Source of the DNA: Narcine bancroftii
Taxonomy: Eukaryota
Length of the DNA: 64,000 bases
Direction: 5' to 3'
NCBI RefSeq assembly: GCF_036971445.1
Contig: NC_091470.1
Coordinates: 203,856,001-203,920,000 of the forward strand
The position numbers and the translations under genes were made by a program. This document shows positions 23,160-33,231 of this stretch, one piece after another. The notes under the pieces were generated by a model that did not search any database, was not told the DNA's origin, and saw only the letters and a list, made by a program, of their open reading frames with translations. Position 1 is the first letter of the stretch. Each line of letters opens with the position of its first letter.

Positions 23160-23575
23160 CATAGAACATAGACCATAGAAGACTACAGCAAGTACAGACC
23201 CTTCAGCCCTTGATGTTGTGCTGACCCGTATATTCCTTAAAAAAATGTACTGAACTCTCCCTACCTGATAAACCTCTATTTTCATCTGTGTGTCTGTCTT
23301 AAATGCCCCTAATGTTCCAGCCTCCACCAGCCTCCCCAGCAAGGCATTCCAGGCACCCACAAGTCTTGGAGTTAAAAACTTACCCCTAACGTCTTCCCTA
23401 AACTTCCCTCCCATCACTTTGCACAGACGTCCTCTGGTGTTTGCTGCTCCCGCCCTGGGAAACAAGTACTAACTGTCCACCCTGTCTAAGCCTCTCAGAA
23501 TCTTGGAGACCTCTACCTTCTGAGAAAAGTCCCAGCCCTGCTAATCTTGCCTTGCGAGACACATTTTCCAAATGA
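23160..23575 (-). mobile_element. CR1 LINE 3' fragment
   Basis: KFREDVRGKFLTPRLVGAWNAL. Confidence 0.78.
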
Positions 23576-23589
23576 AATGAGGACAAGCC

Positions 23590-24175
23590 TCATAGAGTAA
23601 ATGGCAGTGCCCTGGGAGGAGACGGGGTACCACATCTTTGTGGAGTGCATGAGACTCCAGCAACCCCCCCCACCCACCTGAAGGGGCTCCTCCTCAAATT
23701 CTGGTTGCACTTCAGCCCCCACGGCTCCTGATCGACGACCGCCGGTGCAGATGGAGGGGGAAGGCTGGCGTTCGGTTGATCTCCTTGTGGGGTTGCTGTT
23801 GAAGTTGGCAAAACTGGCCGGTCATGGGCCAAGGCGGCAGGCGGTCGAGGGCATGGGGCGAGCCGACTGCCTGGCCGTCCCCCCCGGGGTTACATCCGGG
23901 GCTGTGCGTGGTGGGATGCGGGAGCATGTAGCATCTGAGGGGACTGTGGCTGAGTTCTGGGAATGGTGGGGCCCCCCCAAGGAGTCGGCTGTGTGGTTGA
24001 TGTGAAAAATGGTGTTTTATTTTGATGTGTCATACTGTGAAATAGAGAGGCTGTCGTGATCACTGCTTCCCATGGTTTTGTTGCCACATGTTTATGGTGG
24101 TTTTTAGTTGTAGCCTTGAGTGTGCTTGTGTTTTGTAATGTTGTAGTTTGAATAAAGTTTGAATGTTAAAAACAA
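23590..24175 (+). mobile_element. Tx1-like LINE 3' end
   Basis: Degenerate ORF2 C-terminus (KFWLHFSP, DLLVGLLLKLAKLA, EFWEWW) followed by a T-rich UTR and AATAAA. Confidence 0.6.
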
Positions 24176-24566
24176 AATGACAGGGCCCTTGACAGTATTG
24201 AAGAATGGAGAGACATAGGTTGACATTAAAGTGGCGACGGGGTAGTGAAGCAGGAATGTGGTCGCTTGCCTTCATGGGTCTGGCCACTGAGTACATGGAT
24301 GTAATGTGACAACTCCGATTTCCGATTCACTGTCAAGAGTACATTCATGACATCACCTAGAACCCTGAGATTCCCTTTGCTTGCGGTGCGGCAGAATTAC
24401 CACTAATTGGTCATGCAGAAAATAAATTGTGCACAGCGTAAACATGTAAACACATAATGAATTGCGAACAGATAATGAATGTAAACAAACTGACTGTGCA
24501 ATACAGCGAGGACAAAAAGAAAATCAATAAGGTGCACAAGTAAGAGTCCTCAAATCAATCTCTAGC

Positions 24567-24940
24567 TAGTGGTTCTCAACCTTTTTGTTTCCACTCACAT
24601 CCCACTTTAAGTAATCCCTATTCCATCATTGCTCTGTGATTAGTAAGGGGTTGCATAAAGTGGGATGTGGGTGGGAAGAAAAAGTTTGAAAACCCCTGTT
24701 TTAATCGTCCCTTGTTGTCTTGTTATGTGCACGGTTTCAGAACTCCAAAGGAAATGGGCCAATGACGATTTTTCTCAAGCAAAATATTTCAGTGGCAATT
24801 GGGTCTAGAGCAGTGGTTCTCAACCTTCCCTTCCCACCCACATCCCACCTTAAGCATCCCTTACTAATCACAGAGCACCGATGGCATCGGGATGACTTAA
24901 AGTGGGATGTGAGCGTAAAGAAGAAGGTTGAGAACCCCTT
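24567..24940 (+). mobile_element. Composite hAT/Charlie-like MITE
   Basis: Two ~128 bp palindromic units with (C)AGTGGTTCTCAACC TIRs around a ~115 bp spacer ending in GTCTAGAG. Confidence 0.8.
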
Positions 24941-25009
24941 GGCCTACAAATGCCTTGCGGTTCTGTAAAGAAACACTGTGGGAGATGAAAGTGAGGCGAC
25001 CCACAACAC

Positions 25010-25400
25010 ACTTGACCATCTCCGGCTAGGCTTCGGTCATCTCTGGCCAGGATTTGTCCATCTCTGGTCAAGCTTTGGTCATCTCCAGCCAGGCTTTGTC
25101 CATCTTTGGCCAGGCTCAGGGATCTCTGTCCAAGCTTCGGTCATCTCCAGCCAAGCTTCGGACATCTCCGGCCAGGACTTGTCCATCTCCGGTCAGGGTT
25201 CGGTCATCTCCGGCCAGGCTTTGTCCATCTTTGGCCAGGCTCGGGGATCTCTGTCCAGGCTTCGGTCATCTCCAGCCAGGCTTTGGTCATTTTCGTCCAG
25301 GCTTCATCCATCTCTGGCCGAGCACAAGGATCTCTATCCAGGCTTCAGGTATCTCCTGCCGGACTTAGGGTATCTCTGGCCACACCAGGCATCTCCGGCC
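25010..25400. repeat. 20-bp minisatellite
   Basis: Units like CCAGGCTTCGGTCATCTCCG / CCAGGCTTTGTCCATCTCTG. Confidence 0.9.
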
Positions 25401-25760
25401 GCGCTTCGGGCATTTCCGGAGCTCGGCCTCGGACATTTTCCTGCAGAGGCCTCTGGGAGTTCGGGTATATCCGGTAGGGCTCGGGCAGGGATTCGGCCGT
25501 GTCCGTCACGTGCTCCGCCTTCGCCGTTCGAGCCAAGGTCCCTGGGAGTTGAGCCGAGCGGATCAGCGGGAGCGGCCGACCTTTTCGCGCCTAGCGTTCA
25601 GTCGACACGGTCCCCGCGGAGAGGAGTGAGACAAGCGCCTTTCTCAAGGTAGGATGGCGGGGAATGGGGGTGGGGGCGCTCGCTGGCGGCGTCACGTGAC
25701 CGCAGTTCGCGTGTGTCTGATGGCGCTGTGGTCATCCTGGCCGCTAGGGGGCAACGGGGG
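25390..25760. promoter_or_regulatory. CpG-rich promoter-like island with two E-boxes
   Basis: CpG-dense unique sequence; GTCACGTGAC palindrome at 25691-25700, GTCACGTG at 25506-25513; donor-like aag|gtagga at 25649. Confidence 0.5.
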
Positions 25761-25789
25761 CCTGAGGTTCTCTCGGGTCGGGGGCAGAT

Positions 25790-26470
25790 GAGGCCAGTGC
25801 GAGTGGAGGCCTGTCTCTCCCCCCACCCCAGTGCAGGGCAGTGCCAGTGGAGGCCTGTCTCTCCCCCCCCCCACCCCAGTGCAGGGCAGCGCCAGTGGAG
25901 GCCTGTCTCTCCACCCACCCCAGTGCAGGGCAGTGCCAGTGGAGGCCTGTCTCTCCCCCCCCCCCCCACCCCAGTGCAGGGCAGCGCCAGTGGAGGCCTG
26001 TCTCTTCCCCCCACCCCAGTCCAGGGTAGTGCCAGTCGGCCTGTTCCCCAGTGCAGGGCACTGCCAGTGGGGACCTGTCTCGCCTTGCCCCAGTGCGGGA
26101 CAGCGCTAGTGGAGCCAGTCCTCGCCAGAGCAGGCCAGTGCCAGTGGAGGCCTCCACCAGTGCAGGGCAGTGCTAGTGGAGCCCCCCAGTGGAGGTAAAT
26201 GCCAGTGTGGCCTGTCCCCAGTGTGGGATAGTGCCAGTGGAAGCATGTTTCCTAGTGTGGGGCAGTGTCTGTGGAGACCTGTCCCCCTCCATTGTGGGGA
26301 AGTGCCAGTTTGGCCTGTTCTCAGTGTGGGACTGTGCCAGTGGAGGCAGGTTTCCCAGTGTGGGGAAGTGCCATGAGCAGGTCAGTCTCCCCAGTGGGGG
26401 GATGTGCCAGTGTGGCCTGTCGTGTGCAGGACAGTGCCAGTGGAGGCATTTCCCAGTGTGGGGCATTGCC
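25790..26470. repeat. ~40-50 bp GC-rich minisatellite
   Basis: Unit CCCAGTGCAGGGCAGTGCCAGTGGAGGCCTGTCTCTC(C)n, decaying rightwards. Confidence 0.9.
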
Positions 26471-26614
26471 AGGGGATCATGGTACCCATTGAGGGGCCAT
26501 TTCATGTGTTGTAACCCAGCAAGGAGCAATACTGGGGAACCTCCTTATAGAGTAAGCAGATAGTGTTTGTGCAAGTAGCCTCTGTTCAGAGTCAGAATTT
26601 ATTGCCATGAACAT

Positions 26615-27075
26615 TGTGAAAGGTGGTGGAATGTGATTAGATTAGCACTTGAGAGTAGTTAGCCAACAGTTAGTAGGGACTAACTGTGTGTCAGAATCTC
26701 CAAGGATAACAAGTTCTGGTTTAAACCGGTCAAAACCCGACTTCTGAGAATGTAAATATTAACTTTGATGCCCCAATAATGAAACTGCTTGATTAACATA
26801 ACATGCGATGTATGAACAAGGAGGAACCTTGTAGGATCGGGGAGGGTGAGAGGGGTAATAAGAAGACTGTGAACCATTGAGGCCCCGATTGGGAGGAGCT
26901 GGAAGGTGAGGTATCTTTGCTAAGCACAGAATTGTTCAAAAGAGTGACAATTTCGAATCTTCGGTGTGTCTTGGGACTAAGAGTCACCCAGCTCCGCAGA
27001 CCCACAAATAAAACGAAAGTTGTTCTCCAAGACTTTGTCTCCGGAGTAGTGACTGTGAACACGTTGTATTTCACA
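26615..27075 (+). repeat. ERV 5' LTR (461 bp)
   Basis: TG...CA with 7-bp inverted termini, AATAAA at 27007-27012; 26831-27075 is homologous to 32987-33231. Confidence 0.92.
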
Positions 27076-27079
27076 AACT

Positions 27080-27097
27080 TGGAGGCTCATCCGGGAT
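27080..27097 (+). promoter_or_regulatory. Primer binding site, tRNA-Pro
   Basis: TGGAGGCTCATCCGGGAT versus canonical PBS-Pro TGGGGGCTCGTCCGGGAT (2 mismatches), 4 nt after the LTR end. Confidence 0.9.
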
Positions 27098-27362
27098 CGC
27101 TACTCCCACTGCTCGGCGACCGGCTACTGAAGGACGAGAAGGTGCACCCCACTGATTTCAGCAGTCTTCGATTTTCTTGTTTGCCGTCAACGGTTTGAGT
27201 GAGTGATATCTGGACAGGAGACTCTGGAGAACAGAGGGAACTCCAGCAGGAGGGGTAGTTGTCGGGAGACTCGTGCATGGGACCCGGGTAAGAAAATTGA
27301 CTATTAAATATTACTCGGGTGACTGGGGATAGTTTGTCAGGGGTTTATGGACTGACAGGAAA

Positions 27363-28448
27363 AATGGGTAATCAGTGTACCAGAAATGATGAGACCCAGG
27401 AGAAGAAGGGACCCCAAAATGAGGGTCCCAGAACTGAGATACCACCAGATAGTCCTTTGGGGCGAATGTTAGGAAACTGGGAGTGGGGGAAAACAAAAGA
27501 GTGAAAAAACGGCACAATCAAACCTACTGATGTTTCCCCTTCGGGAAGTTCCGATAGGGAACGGAACTCTGGGATTTGTAAATGTTCCCCTCACCAGTGT
27601 GGAAGTAAAAAACTTTAAGAAGGAGATGAAAAGTCTGGAAGACCACCTAGGCTTGGCAGAACAATTCGACCAATCCCTATACCTAGGATGAGACGCAGTC
27701 GATAATGGGGACCTTATTTACCACGGAAGAGAGGCAGATGATCCGGCAGACAGGACTGAAAATTTGGGAAAGGGAACATCCACCCGGGAACCAACAGGGT
27801 GCAGCGGCAGAAACTAAATTCCCTATTGTCCAACCAAACTGGGACAAACAACAGGAAGAGGGGAGAAGGAACACGTGGGATTTGAGGGAATTAATAGTAA
27901 AAGGGATAAGAGAATCGGTGCTGAAGGGTCAAAATTTTGAGTGAGCTTTTGAGAACTGGCAGGCGAAGGACGAAATGCCAATGGCTTTCCTGCAGAGGTT
28001 ACGGAGGAGCACGCAACAATATTCGGGTGTAAATCCAGATTCGGAGGCAGGGCAGCAACTCTTTCGAACAAACTTTGTCACTAAATTCTGGCCCGATATT
28101 AAAAAGAAACTGGAGAAAATGGAGGACTGGAATGAGAAGTCTCTGGACCAGTTGTTAAGAGAGGCACAGAAGGTTCCGGAAGGACGACGAGAAACCAAAG
28201 GGAACGGCAAAAGTGATGATGCAGGCGGTAAAGCAAGTGGTCGAAAAGACGTGGGAATGTGAAAGGCAGATAGCCCCGAGGGGAGGAAGGGGCACGGCGA
28301 GAAGCGGAAGAAGAGAGCAGGAAAGAGGGGGAGCTTGGAAGACGGGACCCTTGAGATGTTACTACTGTAATGAAGAAGGGCATCTGAAGCCGGAAGCGGA
28401 GAAGGGAGACTCGATTTTATGCTCTGATTGATGGAGGACAAGGAATAG
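27363..28448 (+). pseudogene. gag: ERV gag (disrupted)
   Basis: MGNQ start, IPPDSPLGRML matrix motif, capsid-like segments, zinc-knuckle remnant CYYCNEEGH; stops, frameshifts and an internal deletion. Confidence 0.85.
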
Positions 28449-31400
28449 GGGTGTCAGGGGTTCCACTCCTTGGGGTCAATCGGATATTGACAGGAACCCT
28501 AGTAAACCTGAAATTAAGACCCCAAGAGGAAGAAGTAGTCTTTATGGTGGACTCAGGAGCGGAGAGATCCAGTGTGATTTGAGCCCCACAAGACATGTCA
28601 GTGGGGAAGGAAAATATCCGAATGTCGGGAGTGGGAGGGAGAGTCATGGAGACACCTCTGATCAACGGAGTATGAGTAAAGTACAGGGACAGGGAGGCGG
28701 TCGAGGATCTGATTCTGGTTTCCCCATGCTGGGGTGAATTTGATGGGAACGGGACGTGCAAATCCAACTGGAAGTAGGAACCGCCCCAGTAGGAGGGCGC
28801 ATAATGGTGCAGCTGTACCCGTTGAAGGAAGAAGAAATTCAGGACATTGAGGACCGGGTCTGGGCCGGAGCAGGGAACAGTGGGGGGGGGGGGGGGGAGG
28901 GATTACAGTTAACCCCACTCAAAATAACCCTAAAGGAGGGGTACCGCCTGGTGCGGGTGAGGCAATATCCCATTTCTGTGGAGGGACGGAGGGGCCTCCA
29001 GCTGGTCATTGAGAATTTGCTGCAGGATGGAGTGCAAGAAAGCTGCATGTCCCCCTATAACACCCCAGTCCTCCCTGTACGGAAAGCAGATGGGACTTTC
29101 CGCTTGGTCCAGGACCTTTGAGATTGTCCAGGCCTGACACCCTGTGGTCCCAAACCCCAATACCATACTGAATCGAATTCCCCCAGAGCACGAGTGGTTC
29201 CGTGTTCAGTGAAGGATGCCTTTTGGAGCTGCCCATTGGTTGAGGAAAGCCGGAGATTATTCGCCTTTGAGTGGGAAGACCCTCAATCGGGAAGAAAACA
29301 GCAGTATCAATGCCCACCATATAAATCATAGCATAGAATATAGGAGCTGGGAGGTGATGTTGAGATTGTTCAAGGCCTTGGTGAGGCCAAGTTTGGAATA
29401 TTGTGGGCAGTTCTGGTCCCCAATTTAGAGGAAGGATATCAATAAGGTAGAGAGGGTACAGAGAAGATTTGGCCTGGATTGCAATATCTCGAATATGGAG
29501 AAAGATTGAGTCGACTGGGTCTTTATTCATTGAAGCGTAGAAGGTTGAGGGGGGATTTGATAGAGGTATTTAAAATTAGGGGGATAGATAGAGTAGATGT
29601 GAATAGGCTCTTCCCCTTGAGGGGAGGTGACATTGGAATGAGGAGTCATGAGTTAAGGGTTAGGGGGAAAAACTTTAGAAGTAACGAGAGGAAGCTTCTT
29701 CGCTCAGAGAGTGGTGGCCGAGTGGAATGACCTTCCAGAAGAGGTGGTTGCAGCAGGGTCAGTTTTGTCATTTAAGAGAAGGTTGGACGAGTGCATGGAT
29801 GGGAGGGGGTTGGAGGGTTATGGGCAAGGAGCGGGTAGGTGGGACTAGAGGAGTTCACTCAAATCAGTGCGGACGAGGGGCCGAGATGGCCTGTTTCACA
29901 CTGTAATTGTTATATGGTTATATGACTGTCACAAATGACCACCCTCTCTGTCAATGGACAGTCCTCCCCCAAGGGATGACAGAATCCCCCAACCTATTTG
30001 GACAAGTCTTAGAGCAAGTACTGGAAGAATACTCAGGCACCCCAGGGACACAGCTAATACAATATGTAGACGACCTGTTAATATCGGGATCTGAGAAAGA
30101 TCAAGTTCGAGAATCCACCATTAAACTTCCTAGGAGAAAAAGGACTAAAGGGTATTCAAGCACAAGTTACAATTTGTGGAACAAGAAGTAAATGATCTGG
30201 AACATTTGATTAGCCAGGGAAGGAGGATCAGGCTTGAACAAATCGCTGGCATCACCGGCCTACCCATGCCTAAAAATCAGAAAGAGATAAGGAAATTCCT
30301 CAGATTAATCGGGTATTGCTGATTGTGGATAGATAAAAATGTGCAGAAAGTCCAATTTTTATACGACAAGTTGGGAGGGGAGGAAGAAAAGGTAGAATGG
30401 AGCTCTGCAGAACAACAGGAGTTTGTCTATTTGAAGAATGATTTGATTAATGCCCCGGTCCTGGCTTTGCCTTGTATTATTCAGCCCTTCCACTTGTTTG
30501 TAAATGTGGAGAAAGGGGTAGCCTTGGGAGTGTTAACCCAGAAAAGAGGGGGGACAAAGGCAATCTGTGGTATTCCTCTCGAAGATGTTAGACCTAGTGT
30601 CATGAGGATGGCCGGAATGTATTCAGGCGGCCGTGGCCACAGCCATACTGGTTGAGGAAAGTCAAAAATTTACCTTCGGAGGAAGTCTGGTTGTGTTTAC
30701 TCCCCACACAGTTAGAACAATCCTGATTGAGAAGTCCCATAGATGGTTGACGGACTGGAGAATTCTGATGTATGAGACAATCCTGATGGGGGAAAAAAAA
30801 TGACCTAAACATTGTTACAGACAAAAGCTTGAACCCTTCCCAGTTTCTATACTCGTCAGAAGAAGATAAGGAACCAGAGGATCTAGGACATGACTGCAGT
30901 GAGGTGATAGAGCTGCAGACGAAAAGACGAGACTTGGAAGAGGAGTCCCTCTTGGAAGGATACAGGTGGTTCATAGTTGGCTCGTCAAGCTATATAGATG
31001 GGAAGAGATGCAGTTGATGGGGTCACCGGAACTGAGGTGGAGGCCGGGCATCTGCCTGGGAGTTGGTCCACTCAGTCCTGCGAACTGTATGCCCTAATGA
31101 GAGCCTTGGAACTGTTGGAGGGGCAAGAAGGTACCATATACACAAATTCAAGGTACGTGTTCGGAGTGGTACACACATTCAGGATGATCTGGAAGGAGTG
31201 GGGGATGATAACATCAAGAGGAAAAGAATTAGCCCACAAACAATTAATCGAGAAGACTCTGGAAGCATTACTTAAACCAGAAAGAATTGCTGTAGTACAT
31301 GTGCCGGGACACCAGAAGGGAAACTCGCCAGAGGCCCAAGGAAACCGGATGGCTGACGAAGTGGCCTGGCAGACGGCGCGATCAGGAACAGTGCACCTGA

Positions 31401-32500
31401 TGACATTGATACCCCTCAGGGAAGGGCTGAAAAAGGTGCCTATCTTTTCCCTCTCTGAGGAGGAACAAGTGGAGAAGACGGGAGTGAAGAAGACGGACGA
31501 CAGAAGATGGTGGCTCCTCAATGAGAGACAACTGTTGAATAAGGAGATTACCAGACAACTACTGGGAGAATTACGCTCACGGTGTGTGATGCCTTTCTAT
31601 GAACGTCTGCTTACAGAGGGGTCTACACCCTAGTGAAACAAACAGTGGCTCGCTCTGTGATTTACCTAAGGGTAACGGAAAGATCACGAGGACCATGTCT
31701 GGGGGAGGACAGTCACTGGTGATCTGGCCATTCCAAAGGATACAAGTGGATTTCACCCAACTCCCTAAGGTCCAGCGATGGAGGTTCTTACTGGTAACAG
31801 TGGACCACTTCACCAGGTGGATGGAGTTGTTTCCCACAGCCAGTGGCACCTCACAGGTAGTAGCTAAGATAATCTTGGAACAAATAGTTCCCCGGTATGG
31901 AGTGACCAAGTCTATCGACTCAGACCAAGAAACTCACTTCGCCTCCAAGGTCCACAGTTTGATCTGCAAGGCTCTAGGAATAGAGTGGAAACTGCATACC
32001 CCTTGGCATCCGCAAAGCTCGGGAAGAGTGGAGCGAATCAATGCGACTTTTAAGATGCAGATTATGAAGCTGAGGGAGGAGACTAGACTGACCTGGACCA
32101 AATGCTCTCCTCAGAATCCGGACGGCCCCGCGGCAGGACATCAGGGTGTCCCCTTATGAGATGCTATTTGGACTTCCCTTCCTGGGGCGGGGAGAGGGCA
32201 TACTTATGATTGAGAGAAATGATGTATTTTTAAGGAACTATTTACAGGCAGTTTCCTGTTCACTTGCAGATTTAAAGACCAAGGGTTTGCTGGCGCAGAG
32301 CCCTCCCCTCAATTTCCCCATCCATCCCGTGAACGCTGGAGATTGCGTCCTAATAAAGTCGTGAAAGGAGGAGAAACTCCAACCCCAGTGGACTGGCCCA
32401 TACCTGGTGCTGTTGACCACGGAAATTGCTGTCCGGACAAAAGAAGAGGTTCAAGAATAAAAGGCCCGGTGGACCCACCAGCGGAAGAGGAGAAGTGAAA
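28449..32500 (+). pseudogene. pol: ERV pro-pol (disrupted)
   Basis: Protease FMVDSGA, RT (PYNTPVLPVRK, WTVLPQG, QYVDDLLI), RNase H, integrase (IQVDF, SIDSDQ, PQSSGRVER, WTGPY); interrupted by an insertion at 29311-29953. Confidence 0.92.
29311..29953 (+). mobile_element. CR1-derived ~640 bp element, copy 1 (inside ERV RT)
   Basis: CR1 3' ORF (RPSLEYCGQFWSP, RRLRGDLIEVFK) bounded by TGCCCACC and ...CCCTCTCTGTCA; interrupts the RT motif QQYQ|WTVLPQG. Confidence 0.88.
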
Positions 32501-32689
32501 GATCAAAAGACTTACTGTTGCTTGAAGAAATAAAATGGGACCTTTGTGTTTTGTATATTATATGTTGCTATGTGCCTTGATTGGGAGGGAGTGCTAAGGA
32601 TGCCTCTGCCAGTATCTCAGATCTGGCCTCTCACGTGCGAGAGCAAAGAGAGAAAATCCGAGAGGCCTGAAACTGGTACAGGAAGGAGA

Positions 32690-32973
32690 CCGGTTGGGAA
32701 GATTGGACATGGGGTGATTGGGGCCTGAAAGTCTGGGGTCAATGGCTGATCCATCTTGCTATTTATGACCCAATTATCCTGGTGGTTCCGTTCGTCGGAT
32801 TGGCAGTTTTAAGGTATCTCATCACACGATTAGTTTCCTCTGGGACCAGCCTAATTGCGCCATGGCAAATAGTGCTGAGGCCTGCAGGGGATGAGCAGCA
32901 AAAGATTAAACATATGCTCCAATGGTTTGAGGAGAGCAGAAGGGACCACCAAATCTATGCTGATGTAGTTTAA
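32690..32973 (+). pseudogene. env: ERV env remnant (membrane-spanning and cytoplasmic tail only)
   Basis: Trp-rich then hydrophobic segment (WGQWLIHLAIYDPIILVVPFVGLAVLRYLI) between integrase and the 3' LTR; most of env is missing. Confidence 0.55.
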
Positions 32974-32986
32974 TCAGAAATACGTG

Positions 32987-33231
32987 GTAGGATCGGGGAG
33001 GGTGAGAGGGGTAATAGGAAGACTATGAACCATTGAGGCCCCGATTGGGAGGAGTTGTAAGGGGAGGTATCTTTGCTAAGCACAGAATTGTTCAAAAGAG
33101 TGACGATTTTGAATCTCTGATGTGTCTTGGGACTAAGACACTCTGCTCTGCAGACCCACAAAAAAAAAACGAAACTTGTTCTCCAAGACTTTGTCTCCGG
33201 AGTAGTGATTGTGAACACGTTGTATTTCACA
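32987..33231 (+). repeat. ERV 3' LTR (U3-truncated)
   Basis: Homologous to 26831-27075; lacks the first ~216 bp of the LTR and a PPT. Confidence 0.9.

Larger units (their letters stand above)
26615..33231 (+). mobile_element. Degraded class I (gamma/epsilon-like) endogenous retrovirus
   Basis: TGTGAAA...TTTCACA termini, 5-bp TSD AACAT (26610-26614 and 33232-33236), PBS, gag-pro-pol remnants and an env TM remnant; inserted into a Rex LINE tail. Confidence 0.95.

Noticed and set aside
24978-25652. 224-aa ORF
   Set aside because: Arises from a 20-bp tandem repeat (not a multiple of 3), non-ATG start, and out of frame with RANGRF if spliced at 25648.
26618-26640. PPT-like AAAGGTGGTGGAA followed by TGTG as the true LTR start
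   Set aside because: The TSD and the 7-bp inverted terminus place the LTR start at 26615.
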